Below, piece after piece: positions 9,967 through 19,260 of a stretch of DNA of 64,000 nt. Made by a program: the position numbers and the translations under genes. This DNA is from a virus (lineage: Duplodnaviria > Caudoviricetes). The notes under the pieces are model-generated. The model was not told the origin of the DNA. It did no database searches and saw only the letters and a program-made list of their open reading frames with translations. Numbering within the stretch: the first letter of the stretch is position 1; every line of letters begins with the position of its first letter. The DNA is taken from IMG/VR virus record IMGVR_UViG_3300038530_004004, positions 15,589 through 79,588 of that record. One strand, given 5' to 3'.

Positions 9967-11719
9967 AATATATATTCCAATATGTGATAACAATCTTTGG
10001 GTTTTAAAAATTTATGCCTTTTTGTTTGAAAAATTTTGGGGCAATGAACAACAAGTTGTCATAATGGGGTTTTCAAAACCAGAGTTTTCTCTACCTGATA
10101 ACTTTTCATTTGTTTCTTTGGCAAAAGAGCAAATTGGCGGCGCCAAAAAGTGGACTAGATATATATACAATTATTTGAGCACAGTAGAGGATGAGTATGT
10201 TATTTTCTCTCTAGAAGACTTTTTTCCTACATGTCCACCACGAATGGATCTTGTCAGTGATATTATTGAGTTGATGAAAAAAGATAGCTCAATTGGCCGA
10301 GCAGATCTAACTTGGGACTCGTTTATTAATGTTTTTGATAAAAATAATAAAGTTGTTCACCGAAATCAATATAAACAACTGTGTAAAATTAGAGGAACGA
10401 GTGTTTTAAATCTTCCAAAAGGAGCACCATATAGAATTTCAACACAACCCGCGCTGTGGAAAAAAGAGTATCTTTTAAAATTTCTTGATAATGATTGGTC
10501 CCCATGGGATTTTGAAGTTCTTGGCAGCATGGCTTCTAATTCGATGGATGAAAAGATTATTGCTTGTGCAGATAGCTCTTTTGTAAATTATCCTACAAAG
10601 TGGGTTCACAAAGGTGCTGCATCAAGATATCATGAAGATAAAATAAATGTTTTGGGATTAGATGTAGATACCATAAAAGAGCTAGTCGAAAACAAACTAG
10701 TAAAAGAAGAAAAACTACAGTGGGGTCAATGGAACGGACCCGTTCCAAGTTTTGATGAATTGTGTGGATACGATTTTGATCCTAAAATGATGCCCTATCA
10801 TCCAGCATCACCAACAAACTGGAAAGAATATACACCGACTTATAATTCAACTAAAGAGATTATAAACGTATTTGATAACACATTTTCTCACACAAAAGAT
10901 CTTTGGGGTTATATTACAGCCACTGGTGTTGATATGTGGGGACGCCCTCAAGATGTGTTTTTTGTTGAAAATAAAATGAAGTATGATGGTATTACTTTTT
11001 TTGTAGATCATTTTATATCGAATATTCCGCTAGTTGAAAAAGTAAAAAGCAAATATAAAGTCGCATGGCTTTTAGAACCAAAAGCGCTTAAACCTCAACC
11101 ATATGAGGCTATATTAAATCATCATGACAAGTTTGATTTAGTTATAACTCATGATCAAAACCTAATTGAAAAGTTTGATAATTGTGTCTATATGCAGCAG
11201 GCCGAGTGTCGAGTTGAACCAGAAAGTTGGGGCATACACAACAAGACTAAAAAAACTTCTTTAATTGCTGCTAAAAAGAAAATTCTAGAGGGACACAGGT
11301 TTAGATACGAAGTAGCAGAAAAATTACACGATAAGCATGGTTTTGACCTGTGGGGTGCCGCATTTGATAATAGATTTGAAAACAAAACTGATGCTTTAAA
11401 AGATTATATGTTTTCAATAACAATACACAATACTATAGAAAATAATTTTTTTACCGATGGCATTGTTGACTGTTTTGCTCTAGGCACCATACCTATTTTT
11501 AGAGGCTGTCCGAACATAGGCGATTTTTTTGATAAAAATGGAATTATATCCTTTACAACAATAGAAGAATTAGATATAATATTGAGTGAGCTATCTGAAA
11601 AAGATTATTACGAACGTCTTGAATCAGTTAAAAATAATTATGAAATAGCTAAAAAATTCAAGAAAACAAATGAAGACCAAATAATACACAAAGTAAGGGA
11701 GTTTCTATATCGTGAGTAA
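9959..11719 (+). CDS. Two-domain glycosyltransferase: GT-A-like N-domain plus GT10 (fucosyltransferase)-like C-domain
   Basis: N-domain YVIFSLEDFF...YRISTQPALWKK...WSPWDFE; C-domain KDYMFSITIHNT..NNFFTDGIVDCFALGTIPIFRG, which follows the GT10 alpha-1,3-FucT motif layout. Confidence 0.65.
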   Translation: MPKIYIPICDNNLWVLKIYAFLFEKFWGNEQQVVIMGFSKPEFSLPDNFSFVSLAKEQIGGAKKWTRYIYNYLSTVEDEYVIFSLEDFFPTCPPRMDLVSDIIELMKKDSSIGRADLTWDSFINVFDKNNKVVHRNQYKQLCKIRGTSVLNLPKGAPYRISTQPALWKKEYLLKFLDNDWSPWDFEVLGSMASNSMDEKIIACADSSFVNYPTKWVHKGAASRYHEDKINVLGLDVDTIKELVENKLVKEEKLQWGQWNGPVPSFDELCGYDFDPKMMPYHPASPTNWKEYTPTYNSTKEIINVFDNTFSHTKDLWGYITATGVDMWGRPQDVFFVENKMKYDGITFFVDHFISNIPLVEKVKSKYKVAWLLEPKALKPQPYEAILNHHDKFDLVITHDQNLIEKFDNCVYMQQAECRVEPESWGIHNKTKKTSLIAAKKKILEGHRFRYEVAEKLHDKHGFDLWGAAFDNRFENKTDALKDYMFSITIHNTIENNFFTDGIVDCFALGTIPIFRGCPNIGDFFDKNGIISFTTIEELDIILSELSEKDYYERLESVKNNYEIAKKFKKTNEDQIIHKVREFLYRE

Positions 11720-12473
11720 AAATGATAAAGTGATCATAAGCGTTTTATGTCCAACTCGTGGCCGAACAGCGCTTATGAAAAGAGCGTTAGAGAGTTGCTT
11801 TTCCACATGTGCAAATCCTGCTCAAATTGAGTTTGTCTTTGGGCTAGATGACGATGATTTAGAGTCAATAAAAATGGCTCAAGAGTTAGAGGATCTATAC
11901 CCAGATAAAAACATCTCACACACCATATGGCCAAGAAAAAAGTTTAAGTTTTCAGATTTGATGAACCAGTGTTCTAAAGCCGCTTGTGGTGAGATATTTG
12001 GTTTATTTTCTGATGATGCCATATATAACAGTAAAAACTGGGATGATATAGTAGTTAAATTTTTTAATGAATGTGAGCATAGAGATAAATTATATTTATT
12101 ACAAACATCTGGCGGCGCGAATGCTCAAACTGGTTTCCCCTTTATGCATAAAAATTGGCGGACTGCAGCTGGATATTTACTAGCTCCAATCTTTAATGGT
12201 GATTGGGGGGATTACTGGCTGGCAGACGTTATAAATGGTATTGGACGTGAAAGGTTTGTTTTTCGTAGAGACATTGAAATAAAGCATTTGCATGTTGAAT
12301 GGGGCAAGATGGAAAAAGACCAAACATATTTTGAACATCTTAAAGAAAGAAAAGAACAAGAAAATTTACCTAGAAATCTTCACCCATATCACGGAGATGA
12401 AGGCCAGAGACTAAAAGCACTAGAAATAGAAAATTTGCGTAATTTCATAAAAAATTTTAAAGAGGAGGAATAA
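11712..12473 (+). CDS. GT2-like (GT-A fold) glycosyltransferase
   Basis: ISVLCPTRGR, FGLDDDD and FSDDAIY (DxD-like) motifs, plus HLH near the C-terminus. Confidence 0.7.
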   Translation: MSKNDKVIISVLCPTRGRTALMKRALESCFSTCANPAQIEFVFGLDDDDLESIKMAQELEDLYPDKNISHTIWPRKKFKFSDLMNQCSKAACGEIFGLFSDDAIYNSKNWDDIVVKFFNECEHRDKLYLLQTSGGANAQTGFPFMHKNWRTAAGYLLAPIFNGDWGDYWLADVINGIGRERFVFRRDIEIKHLHVEWGKMEKDQTYFEHLKERKEQENLPRNLHPYHGDEGQRLKALEIENLRNFIKNFKEEE

Positions 12474-12889
12474 TGAGTACAAGAAAATATCTTCCTACTC
12501 TATCTGAATTAGTTGACAGGCTTTCAATAGCTCAATTAAAAGAGGTTTTTATACCTGATCATAAAGATGAATATGCTGAAGAAATATCACAAATTCTTCA
12601 CGATATTAACTTAATATTACAAGAAAAAAGTGCTATAGTGGATAGTGATGTTATCAGGGCAATCGTAGTGTTGTCTCAAATGAATCTTCACATTTGGCAT
12701 AATGAATCAAACTATAGAAAAGGCATAAAAGACGGTAATAATCTAGAGCTTACTCATGGTTTGAACGGCATCAGAAACACTGCAAAAAACAAAATCCAAG
12801 AGATTGTAGGTGGTAGAAAAGACTACAAAATAGATTGCTTGGCATCTGAATTTAAAGATTGGGAAATAAGTTGGAGTAAAAATGAGTAA
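12473..12889 (+). CDS. Uncharacterised helical protein (DUF6165/DUF4254-like), paralog of 17752-18162
   Basis: LSELVDRLSIAQLKE...MNLHIWHNE...NGIRN; clear similarity to 17752-18162. The DUF resemblance is from memory. Confidence 0.6.
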   Translation: MSTRKYLPTLSELVDRLSIAQLKEVFIPDHKDEYAEEISQILHDINLILQEKSAIVDSDVIRAIVVLSQMNLHIWHNESNYRKGIKDGNNLELTHGLNGIRNTAKNKIQEIVGGRKDYKIDCLASEFKDWEISWSKNE

Positions 12890-13841
12890 AAAGAATGTTT
12901 TAATTTGTGGCGCTACAGGGTTCATGGGTAGAAATATTAGTGAGCATTTTTTAAATTTAGAAAATTATAATGTTTTCATGACTGGGTTGAAAAGAGACGT
13001 AGAGCATCCAAACTTTAAAAAAGTTGACTTGACTAATAAGCAGCAAATTAATAAACTTTTTTCTGAAAATAAGTTTGAAGTTGTAATACAGGCCGCTGCC
13101 AACACATCAGGCTCCAAGGATATCATCTCCAAGCCATACTTGCATGTTACCGATAACGCAGTTATGAATGCGCTCTTGTTGCAGGCGTGCTATGATTACA
13201 ATGTAGAGCACTTTTTGTTCTTAAGCTGTGGAGTTATGTATAACCCAGATAGATCACCAGTTACTGAAGAAGATTTTTATCTAGATGAGGGAATATTCCA
13301 TAGATATTTTGGCGTTGGCTGGACTAAAGTTTACGTAGAAAAATTGTGTAAATTTTATTCAACCCTTGGCAAAACAAAACATACTGTCATCAGACACAGC
13401 AACACCTATGGCCCTCACGATAAATATGATTTAGAAAAATCTCACATGTTTGGAGCCACAATAACAAAAGTTATGTCCGCAAAAGAAAATGACGTTATTG
13501 AGGTATGGGGTGACGGGCTAACAGAGAGAGATCTACTATATGTGGATGACGTAGTTGATTTTATTCAAAAAGCTATTGAAAGGCAAGAAACAGACTATGA
13601 GCTTTATAATGTAGGATATGGCGAATCTATATCCGTTAAAGATATAGTGCAGAAAATTATTGATGCATCAGGTAAAAACCTTACCATAGAGTATGATTTG
13701 TCAAAGCCTAGCATTAATACAAAGCTAGCTTTAATTTCCGATAAAGCAAAAAAAGAATTAGGCTGGGAAAGAAAAATAACAATTGAAGAAGGAATAGCAA
13801 AAACCATTGATTGGTACAAGTCAAATTGCGAGGATGTATAA
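12882..13841 (+). CDS. Extended SDR, GDP-L-fucose synthase (Fcl/WcaG)-like epimerase/reductase, atypical active site
   Basis: GATGFMG, QAAANTSG, YGPHD, VWGDG..RDLLYVDD and YNVGYG motifs; the YxxxK position reads VGWTK. Confidence 0.8.
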   Translation: MSKKNVLICGATGFMGRNISEHFLNLENYNVFMTGLKRDVEHPNFKKVDLTNKQQINKLFSENKFEVVIQAAANTSGSKDIISKPYLHVTDNAVMNALLLQACYDYNVEHFLFLSCGVMYNPDRSPVTEEDFYLDEGIFHRYFGVGWTKVYVEKLCKFYSTLGKTKHTVIRHSNTYGPHDKYDLEKSHMFGATITKVMSAKENDVIEVWGDGLTERDLLYVDDVVDFIQKAIERQETDYELYNVGYGESISVKDIVQKIIDASGKNLTIEYDLSKPSINTKLALISDKAKKELGWERKITIEEGIAKTIDWYKSNCEDV

Positions 13842-14482
13842 TGAACATTTTTATACCGGAAAAGTTTAGAAACAAACAAGTTAAAGATGTTACTCTTACA
13901 GAACAAGATCTACTTGATTTTGAGATTAGGGTAAAAGATGAATATGAAAAAGCCACAATTAGTGGCCCGGTTCATTTGTCAAAAGGCAATGAAAAACAAT
14001 TAATTGAGGTTTTTAAATATATTGATCCTGAAGACTGGGTTTTTTCTTCGTGGAGAAATCACTATCACGCTCTTTTACATGGAGTTCCAGAGGAACACCT
14101 TTGGAATCTGATTGTCGCAGGTAAAAGCATGAGCGTTTTCAGTGAGGATCCAAAACTTTATACATCGTCAATTGTAGGTGGTGTGTTACCAATTGCACTT
14201 GGTGCATCAATAGCACTAAAATCAAAAGGATCTGATAAGAAAGCTTGGGTTTTTGTAGGAGATATGACAGCTGAAACCGGTGTTTTTCATGAGGTTTATA
14301 AATACTCTAGACGACATAATCTACCTCTAGAATTTGTTGTGGAAGACAACGATATGAGCACAAATACCCCAACTAGTGAGACATGGAATAATATAAAAAC
14401 TGATTTCCCAAAAGACGTTTTTTATTATTTTTACGAACGAGGATATCCCCACCACGGCACCGGCCAATGGATTTTATTTTAA
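13841..14482 (+). CDS. ThDP-dependent enzyme, E1-alpha-like subunit (short, ~213 aa)
   Basis: GPVHLSKGNE, SSWRNHYHAL, SSIVGG and the ThDP motif GDMTAETGVFHE...EDN. Confidence 0.85.
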   Translation: MNIFIPEKFRNKQVKDVTLTEQDLLDFEIRVKDEYEKATISGPVHLSKGNEKQLIEVFKYIDPEDWVFSSWRNHYHALLHGVPEEHLWNLIVAGKSMSVFSEDPKLYTSSIVGGVLPIALGASIALKSKGSDKKAWVFVGDMTAETGVFHEVYKYSRRHNLPLEFVVEDNDMSTNTPTSETWNNIKTDFPKDVFYYFYERGYPHHGTGQWILF

Positions 14483-14499
14483 AATAAAAAGGAGAATAA

Positions 14500-15033
14500 A
14501 TGAAGTATGTTGATCATCTAGTCAAATCAATGGAATATTTGGCAGAAAATCCAAAAACTGTTTTTATTGGCCAATCAGTGGCTTATAGTGGAAACTCTAT
14601 TTATAATACTTTAAAAACAATACCAAAAGATAGAAAAATTGAAACTCCTGTTTTTGAAGAAACTCAAATGGGATTATCAATAGGTTTAGCAATGGAAGGC
14701 TACATTCCAGTTACTTGCTATCCAAGGTTTGATTTTTTGTTATTAGCTGTAAATCAATTGGTTAACCACCTAGATAAAATGGAAGAAATGACATGGGGAA
14801 CTTTTAAGCCAAGAATAATTATACGAACTGCAATTGGCGCCAAAACCCCTCTAGATGGTGGATTACAGCACACTCAAGACCACACAGAGGCATTTAGACA
14901 TTTACTAACAAATGTTGATGTTGTTTTATTAGAAAATAAAGAAGATATATTTGCAGCTTACGAAAAAGCCTTAAACAGAGAAGATAGCAAATCAACTTTA
15001 ATGGTTGAGGTTGGAGAATATTATAATCTATGA
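14500..15033 (+). CDS. ThDP-dependent enzyme, E1-beta-like pyrimidine-binding subunit (no C-terminal domain)
   Basis: FIGQSV, PVFEETQMGLSIGLAMEG, NQLVNH and GLQHTQD motifs; only 177 aa. Confidence 0.82.
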   Translation: MKYVDHLVKSMEYLAENPKTVFIGQSVAYSGNSIYNTLKTIPKDRKIETPVFEETQMGLSIGLAMEGYIPVTCYPRFDFLLLAVNQLVNHLDKMEEMTWGTFKPRIIIRTAIGAKTPLDGGLQHTQDHTEAFRHLLTNVDVVLLENKEDIFAAYEKALNREDSKSTLMVEVGEYYNL

Positions 15034-15845
15034 AACTAGATTTAAAAGACATCAAAACCAGGGTCAACCAACATAGAAAAAAAATAATAAAAATTATTAA
15101 TAAAGCTGGTAAAGGTCACGTTGGAGGGGCCTTTTCTTGTTTAGATTTGTTGGGTGTCCTGTATTATGGTGGTTTTTTAAATATTTCTGCTGAAAACTAT
15201 AAGAAACTTAACAGGAATAGGTTTATTTTAAGCAAAGGACACGCTAGTATTGCACAATATGTAGTTCTGCAAGATTTAGGTTTCTTTGAAGAACAAGAAT
15301 TGTTTAATATGAATAATGGTGGTATTCTTGGCGAACACCCAGATAATAATATTCCAGGTATTGAATTTATTTCTGGATCTCTAGGTCATGGACTAGCTGT
15401 GTCTGTTGGTTTTGCATTGAACGCTAAATTGAGTGGCCTCCCTTACATTAGTTATGTTATTTTAGGTGATGGTGAATGTCACGAAGGTTCAGTTTGGGAG
15501 GCTGCAAGTTTAGCTTCACACTTAAATTTATCAAATTTAGTTGCAATAGTAGATAGAAATAAGTTGTGTATACATGGTTCAACTGAAACCATAAACTCTT
15601 TAGAGCCTTTGGGTAAAAGATTTGAAGCGTTTGGGTGGAATGTTGTTGAGATTGATGGCCACAATTATCAAGAAATATTCGATGCCTTAAGTCAAAGACA
15701 CTCTGTAAAGCCAACAATGATTATCGCGAACACAATTAAAGGCAAAGGAGTCAGCTTCATGGAAAATAAAAGCGAGTGGCATCATGGAGCAATAACCGAT
15801 GATATTTTGAAACTAGCAATCGAGGAGTTATCACAAAATGATTGA
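15030..15845 (+). CDS. Transketolase-like, N-terminal ThDP-binding subunit
   Basis: GHVGGAFS, RFILSKGHAS, HPD, GSLGHGL, GDGECHEGSVWEA...N and TIKGKGVSFME motifs. Confidence 0.93.
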   Translation: MKLDLKDIKTRVNQHRKKIIKIINKAGKGHVGGAFSCLDLLGVLYYGGFLNISAENYKKLNRNRFILSKGHASIAQYVVLQDLGFFEEQELFNMNNGGILGEHPDNNIPGIEFISGSLGHGLAVSVGFALNAKLSGLPYISYVILGDGECHEGSVWEAASLASHLNLSNLVAIVDRNKLCIHGSTETINSLEPLGKRFEAFGWNVVEIDGHNYQEIFDALSQRHSVKPTMIIANTIKGKGVSFMENKSEWHHGAITDDILKLAIEELSQND

Positions 15846-16770
15846 CATGCGCGATGCCTTTTTTAATCGGTTGTACGATTATGTTTCTAAAGATAAAAAT
15901 GTTTTAGTGCTTACTGCTGATCATGGCGCCTTTGGTTTAAAGAAAATAGAAAAAGATTTTCCAGAGCAATATCTAAATGTTGGAATCGCAGAGCAAACTT
16001 TAATAAGTTTAGCTGCCGGTCTTGCAAGTTGCGGAAAAAAAGTTTATGTCTATGCAATTAATAACTTTGTGTCATTAAGAGTTTTGGAACAAGTAAATGT
16101 TGATATATGCGCGATGAATCTAGACGTTAACATAATAGGTGTCGGCGCAGGATTTACATATAGCACTGACGGGCCAACGCACCACGGAGTGCAAGATGTA
16201 GCAGCTATGATAAATTTGCCTAGATTACATGTTTATAATGCAACTGATGATATTAATACTAAAAAGTTAGTTGATTTGTCGTATCTAAACAAACATCCAA
16301 AATATTTTAGAATTGAAAAAGGTCTTTTACCGAGATTGTATTCAGAAGAAGACGATATAAATCTAGGGGTCAAACAACTAGAGACAACGACCAGTGATAC
16401 AATTGTCTTCTCTTCCGGTTTTATGACGCACACGACACAAAACGTTATAAACACAATCAAACAAAACGGGATCGATGTTTCTCATTGTGATCTTTTTTGC
16501 CTAAATCCACTTCCTGAACAAAACATTCTAAATTTGTGTGAAAACAAACGTGTTATTGTAGTAGAGGAAAACATTAAAAGTGGAGGTATAGGGCAAAAAC
16601 TATTTTCGTTGTTGAAAGAAAATGGTCACAAAAAAGATGTATTGAACATATCACTAGATAATGATTTTTATTTTAGCTTTGGAGATCGCAATCTACTTCA
16701 TAAAGTAACACACCTAGATGAATCCTCGATAAATCAAAAAATTACAGATTTTATTAAAAAGGCGGTTTAA
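15838..16770 (+). CDS. Transketolase-like, C-terminal subunit
   Basis: MRDAF, LTAD, NVGIAEQ, DGPTHH and VVEEN...GGIG motifs. Confidence 0.93.
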   Translation: MIDMRDAFFNRLYDYVSKDKNVLVLTADHGAFGLKKIEKDFPEQYLNVGIAEQTLISLAAGLASCGKKVYVYAINNFVSLRVLEQVNVDICAMNLDVNIIGVGAGFTYSTDGPTHHGVQDVAAMINLPRLHVYNATDDINTKKLVDLSYLNKHPKYFRIEKGLLPRLYSEEDDINLGVKQLETTTSDTIVFSSGFMTHTTQNVINTIKQNGIDVSHCDLFCLNPLPEQNILNLCENKRVIVVEENIKSGGIGQKLFSLLKENGHKKDVLNISLDNDFYFSFGDRNLLHKVTHLDESSINQKITDFIKKAV

Positions 16771-16771
16771 A

Positions 16772-17749
16772 ATGTATGATGGCAAAAACGTTCTAGTTGC
16801 TGGCGGCACCGGAACTATTGGTATACCTTTAGTAAAAATGTTGTTGGAAAGAAATGCAAATGTGTCTGTTGTTTCTCTAGACTCTGAAGAGTATGCAAAA
16901 AAAGTTTTTAACAATGAAGTGCCCTTTGAAAGACAGGATCTTACAGACATGAATAACTGTCTTAAGGTGACAAAAAATCAAGACTATGTATTCAATTTGA
17001 TTGGTATAAAAGGATCAGTAGGTATTGGTGAAACAAAAGTGGCTAGCTATTTTGTTCCGATGTTAAGATACCAAACTAATCTCATGGATGCAGCTTTTAA
17101 ATCGGATGTTGATAAATTCATGTTTGTTAGTAGTGTTTGTATATATCCACAAGCTTCAGAGCACTTTGAAGATAATGCATGGAATGGTATGCCAAAACAA
17201 AATGATCGCATACCTGGATTAGCTAAACGTATAGGAGAAATACAAGGTGAGACATACTTGAAAGAATATGGTTGGGATGCGGTAAAGATTTTAAGGCCAA
17301 GCAATGTATATGGACCATTTGATGATTTAAACCCTAAAACAGCTCAAGTTATTCCCTCTCTTATATCCAGAGTTCTGCATGGAGAAAATCCACTAAAAGT
17401 ATGGGGAGATGGATCTGCAATAAGAGATTTTATTTATTCTAAAGAAGTTGCTTATTGGCTTTTAGAAGCTTTAGAAAAAGCTCCACCCTGTGTTCCTATA
17501 AATCTAGGGTCAGGTAATGGCTATAGCATTAAAGAAGTAGCAGAAACTATCTGTAATACCCAAAAGAATCCAATAAAAATCGAGTGGGATGTGACAAAAC
17601 CGTCTGGTGATCCAATAAGAATCATGAACATGGATAGAGCCAAGAAACTTTTGAATTTTGAAAGAAAATATTCTTTAGAAGATGGCATAAGTGAAACAAT
17701 TGAATGGATAAAAAACAATAAAGAATTAGCAACATTAAAAGGATTTTAA
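16772..17749 (+). CDS. Extended SDR, Fcl-like epimerase/reductase, atypical active site
   Basis: GGTGTIG, SSVCIYP, NVYGPFD, VWGDGSAIRDFIY and INLGSG motifs; the YxxxK position reads PGLAK. Confidence 0.82.
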   Translation: MYDGKNVLVAGGTGTIGIPLVKMLLERNANVSVVSLDSEEYAKKVFNNEVPFERQDLTDMNNCLKVTKNQDYVFNLIGIKGSVGIGETKVASYFVPMLRYQTNLMDAAFKSDVDKFMFVSSVCIYPQASEHFEDNAWNGMPKQNDRIPGLAKRIGEIQGETYLKEYGWDAVKILRPSNVYGPFDDLNPKTAQVIPSLISRVLHGENPLKVWGDGSAIRDFIYSKEVAYWLLEALEKAPPCVPINLGSGNGYSIKEVAETICNTQKNPIKIEWDVTKPSGDPIRIMNMDRAKKLLNFERKYSLEDGISETIEWIKNNKELATLKGF

Positions 17750-17751
17750 TT

Positions 17752-18162
17752 ATGACTGATAGACAATTTGTACTTCCGGCCGCGGAGCTGATAGATAGAT
17801 TATCTGTAGACCAGATAAAAGAGATGCTTTTTGATAACAACACCAGTATAACTCAAGAGATATCTAAACTGTCTCATGATATCGATTTAATTTTATCTGA
17901 AAATAATGTTAAACTAAATGCAAGGTTTATAAGAATAATCATGGTTCTCTCTCAAATCAATGTTCATATTTGGTATTTGAAAGACGAAATGCAAAAAAAT
18001 GAAGAGAAATACAATGATTTATTAAAGCTAGCGCATCAAATTAATGGTGTGAGAAATAGAATGAAAAATCTTTTATTAGAAGAGTTCGGTGATAAAGAAA
18101 AAAGTTTATTAAGAAGCAACCTAGAAACTGATGGATTAAAAGGGTGGGAACCGAGTATCTAA
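17752..18162 (+). CDS. Uncharacterised helical protein (DUF6165/DUF4254-like), paralog of 12473-12889
   Basis: AAELIDRLSVDQIKE...INVHIWYLKD...NGVRN. Confidence 0.6.
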   Translation: MTDRQFVLPAAELIDRLSVDQIKEMLFDNNTSITQEISKLSHDIDLILSENNVKLNARFIRIIMVLSQINVHIWYLKDEMQKNEEKYNDLLKLAHQINGVRNRMKNLLLEEFGDKEKSLLRSNLETDGLKGWEPSI

Positions 18163-19260
18163 ATGAATTTTCTAAAAAATAATTTTTTTGAAAAAAACGT
18201 TTCACAAATTGCATTAGGAGTTAATAAAACTGGTAACAAAAATTCCACCGATTCAGAATGTTTTGAAAAGCAAAGAATTTATTTTTATCACAAAGCAATG
18301 TCCTTGGGTGTTAACTTTTTTGATACCGCAGAATTATATGGCGGCGGATACTCTGAAGAAGTTTTAGGACTAGCTCTGAAAAACAAAAGACAGCAAAATG
18401 TAATCTGCACCAAGTTTAATGCCAGAAACTCTGATAGTAAAAGCTTGAGATTGTCTTTAGAAAACAGTTTGAGAAGATTAAAGACTGATTATATAGATAT
18501 ATACTTGGCTCATTGGGTTAGCCCCTATACTCCTTTAGAAGACCTAATTGATTCGTTAAATAAATTTACCAATGAAGGAAAAATATTAAGTTATGGTATA
18601 GGTAACGCTACCGAAACTGAAATTAAAGATTTTTATTTTAAAAACAAGTGCAAACCATTTATAATTGAGAATGAATACAACTTGTTAGAACAAGACGCAG
18701 AAAAAGAAATCATACCTTTTTGCAAAGAAAATGATTGCTTATTCATGTCATATAGTCCCTTTTTACAGGGCACCAAAGTTGAATTTAACAAAGATATAAT
18801 CGCCATTAAAAACAAATACAGCTGCACAACAAATCAGTTAATGTTAGCTTGGGTCGCTAAACAAAATGTCATATCTGTGGTTAGAACACTAAACCTGCAA
18901 CATTTACAAGAAAATATTGATGCGCTAAAAATTGATTTAACAAACTTTGAACTTGACACGATTAGTAATTGCTTTCGTATAAAGACTAGTGACATTGATA
19001 TTGATGATGTTGATATCGAAAATGAAAATTGTGACTATTTTTCTTGCGAAGACGCAATACAAAACAAGTTGGATTTAATACCAAGCCCAGAGCTTTTGTC
19101 CACTAGGGTTGAAAAAGGTTTTGATTTGCCACCCTTAAGGACTAGATACAGGAATGGAAAGTATCAAATTTTAAAAGATTTTTATTTTTCAGAAATTAAA
19201 AAATATTGGGCCTGGAAACTAACAAACAAAAAAACTATAAAGGTGTATGTTTTTCCATGA
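18163..19260 (+). CDS. Aldo/keto reductase with degenerate C-terminal ParB/Srx-like extension
   Basis: AKR tetrad motifs FDTAELYG, ICTK and YLAHW, plus SLRRLKTDYID; extra ~90-aa tail paralogous to that of the next gene. Confidence 0.85.
   Translation: MNFLKNNFFEKNVSQIALGVNKTGNKNSTDSECFEKQRIYFYHKAMSLGVNFFDTAELYGGGYSEEVLGLALKNKRQQNVICTKFNARNSDSKSLRLSLENSLRRLKTDYIDIYLAHWVSPYTPLEDLIDSLNKFTNEGKILSYGIGNATETEIKDFYFKNKCKPFIIENEYNLLEQDAEKEIIPFCKENDCLFMSYSPFLQGTKVEFNKDIIAIKNKYSCTTNQLMLAWVAKQNVISVVRTLNLQHLQENIDALKIDLTNFELDTISNCFRIKTSDIDIDDVDIENENCDYFSCEDAIQNKLDLIPSPELLSTRVEKGFDLPPLRTRYRNGKYQILKDFYFSEIKKYWAWKLTNKKTIKVYVFP

Noticed and set aside
13841-16770. Auxiliary central-metabolism genes (pyruvate dehydrogenase, pentose-phosphate transketolase)
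   Set aside because: The subunits are short, no E2/E3 genes are present in the window, and they are embedded among nucleotide-sugar enzymes, so a sugar-tailoring role is more parsimonious. Sedoheptulose-7-P supply by the transketolase pair is not excluded.
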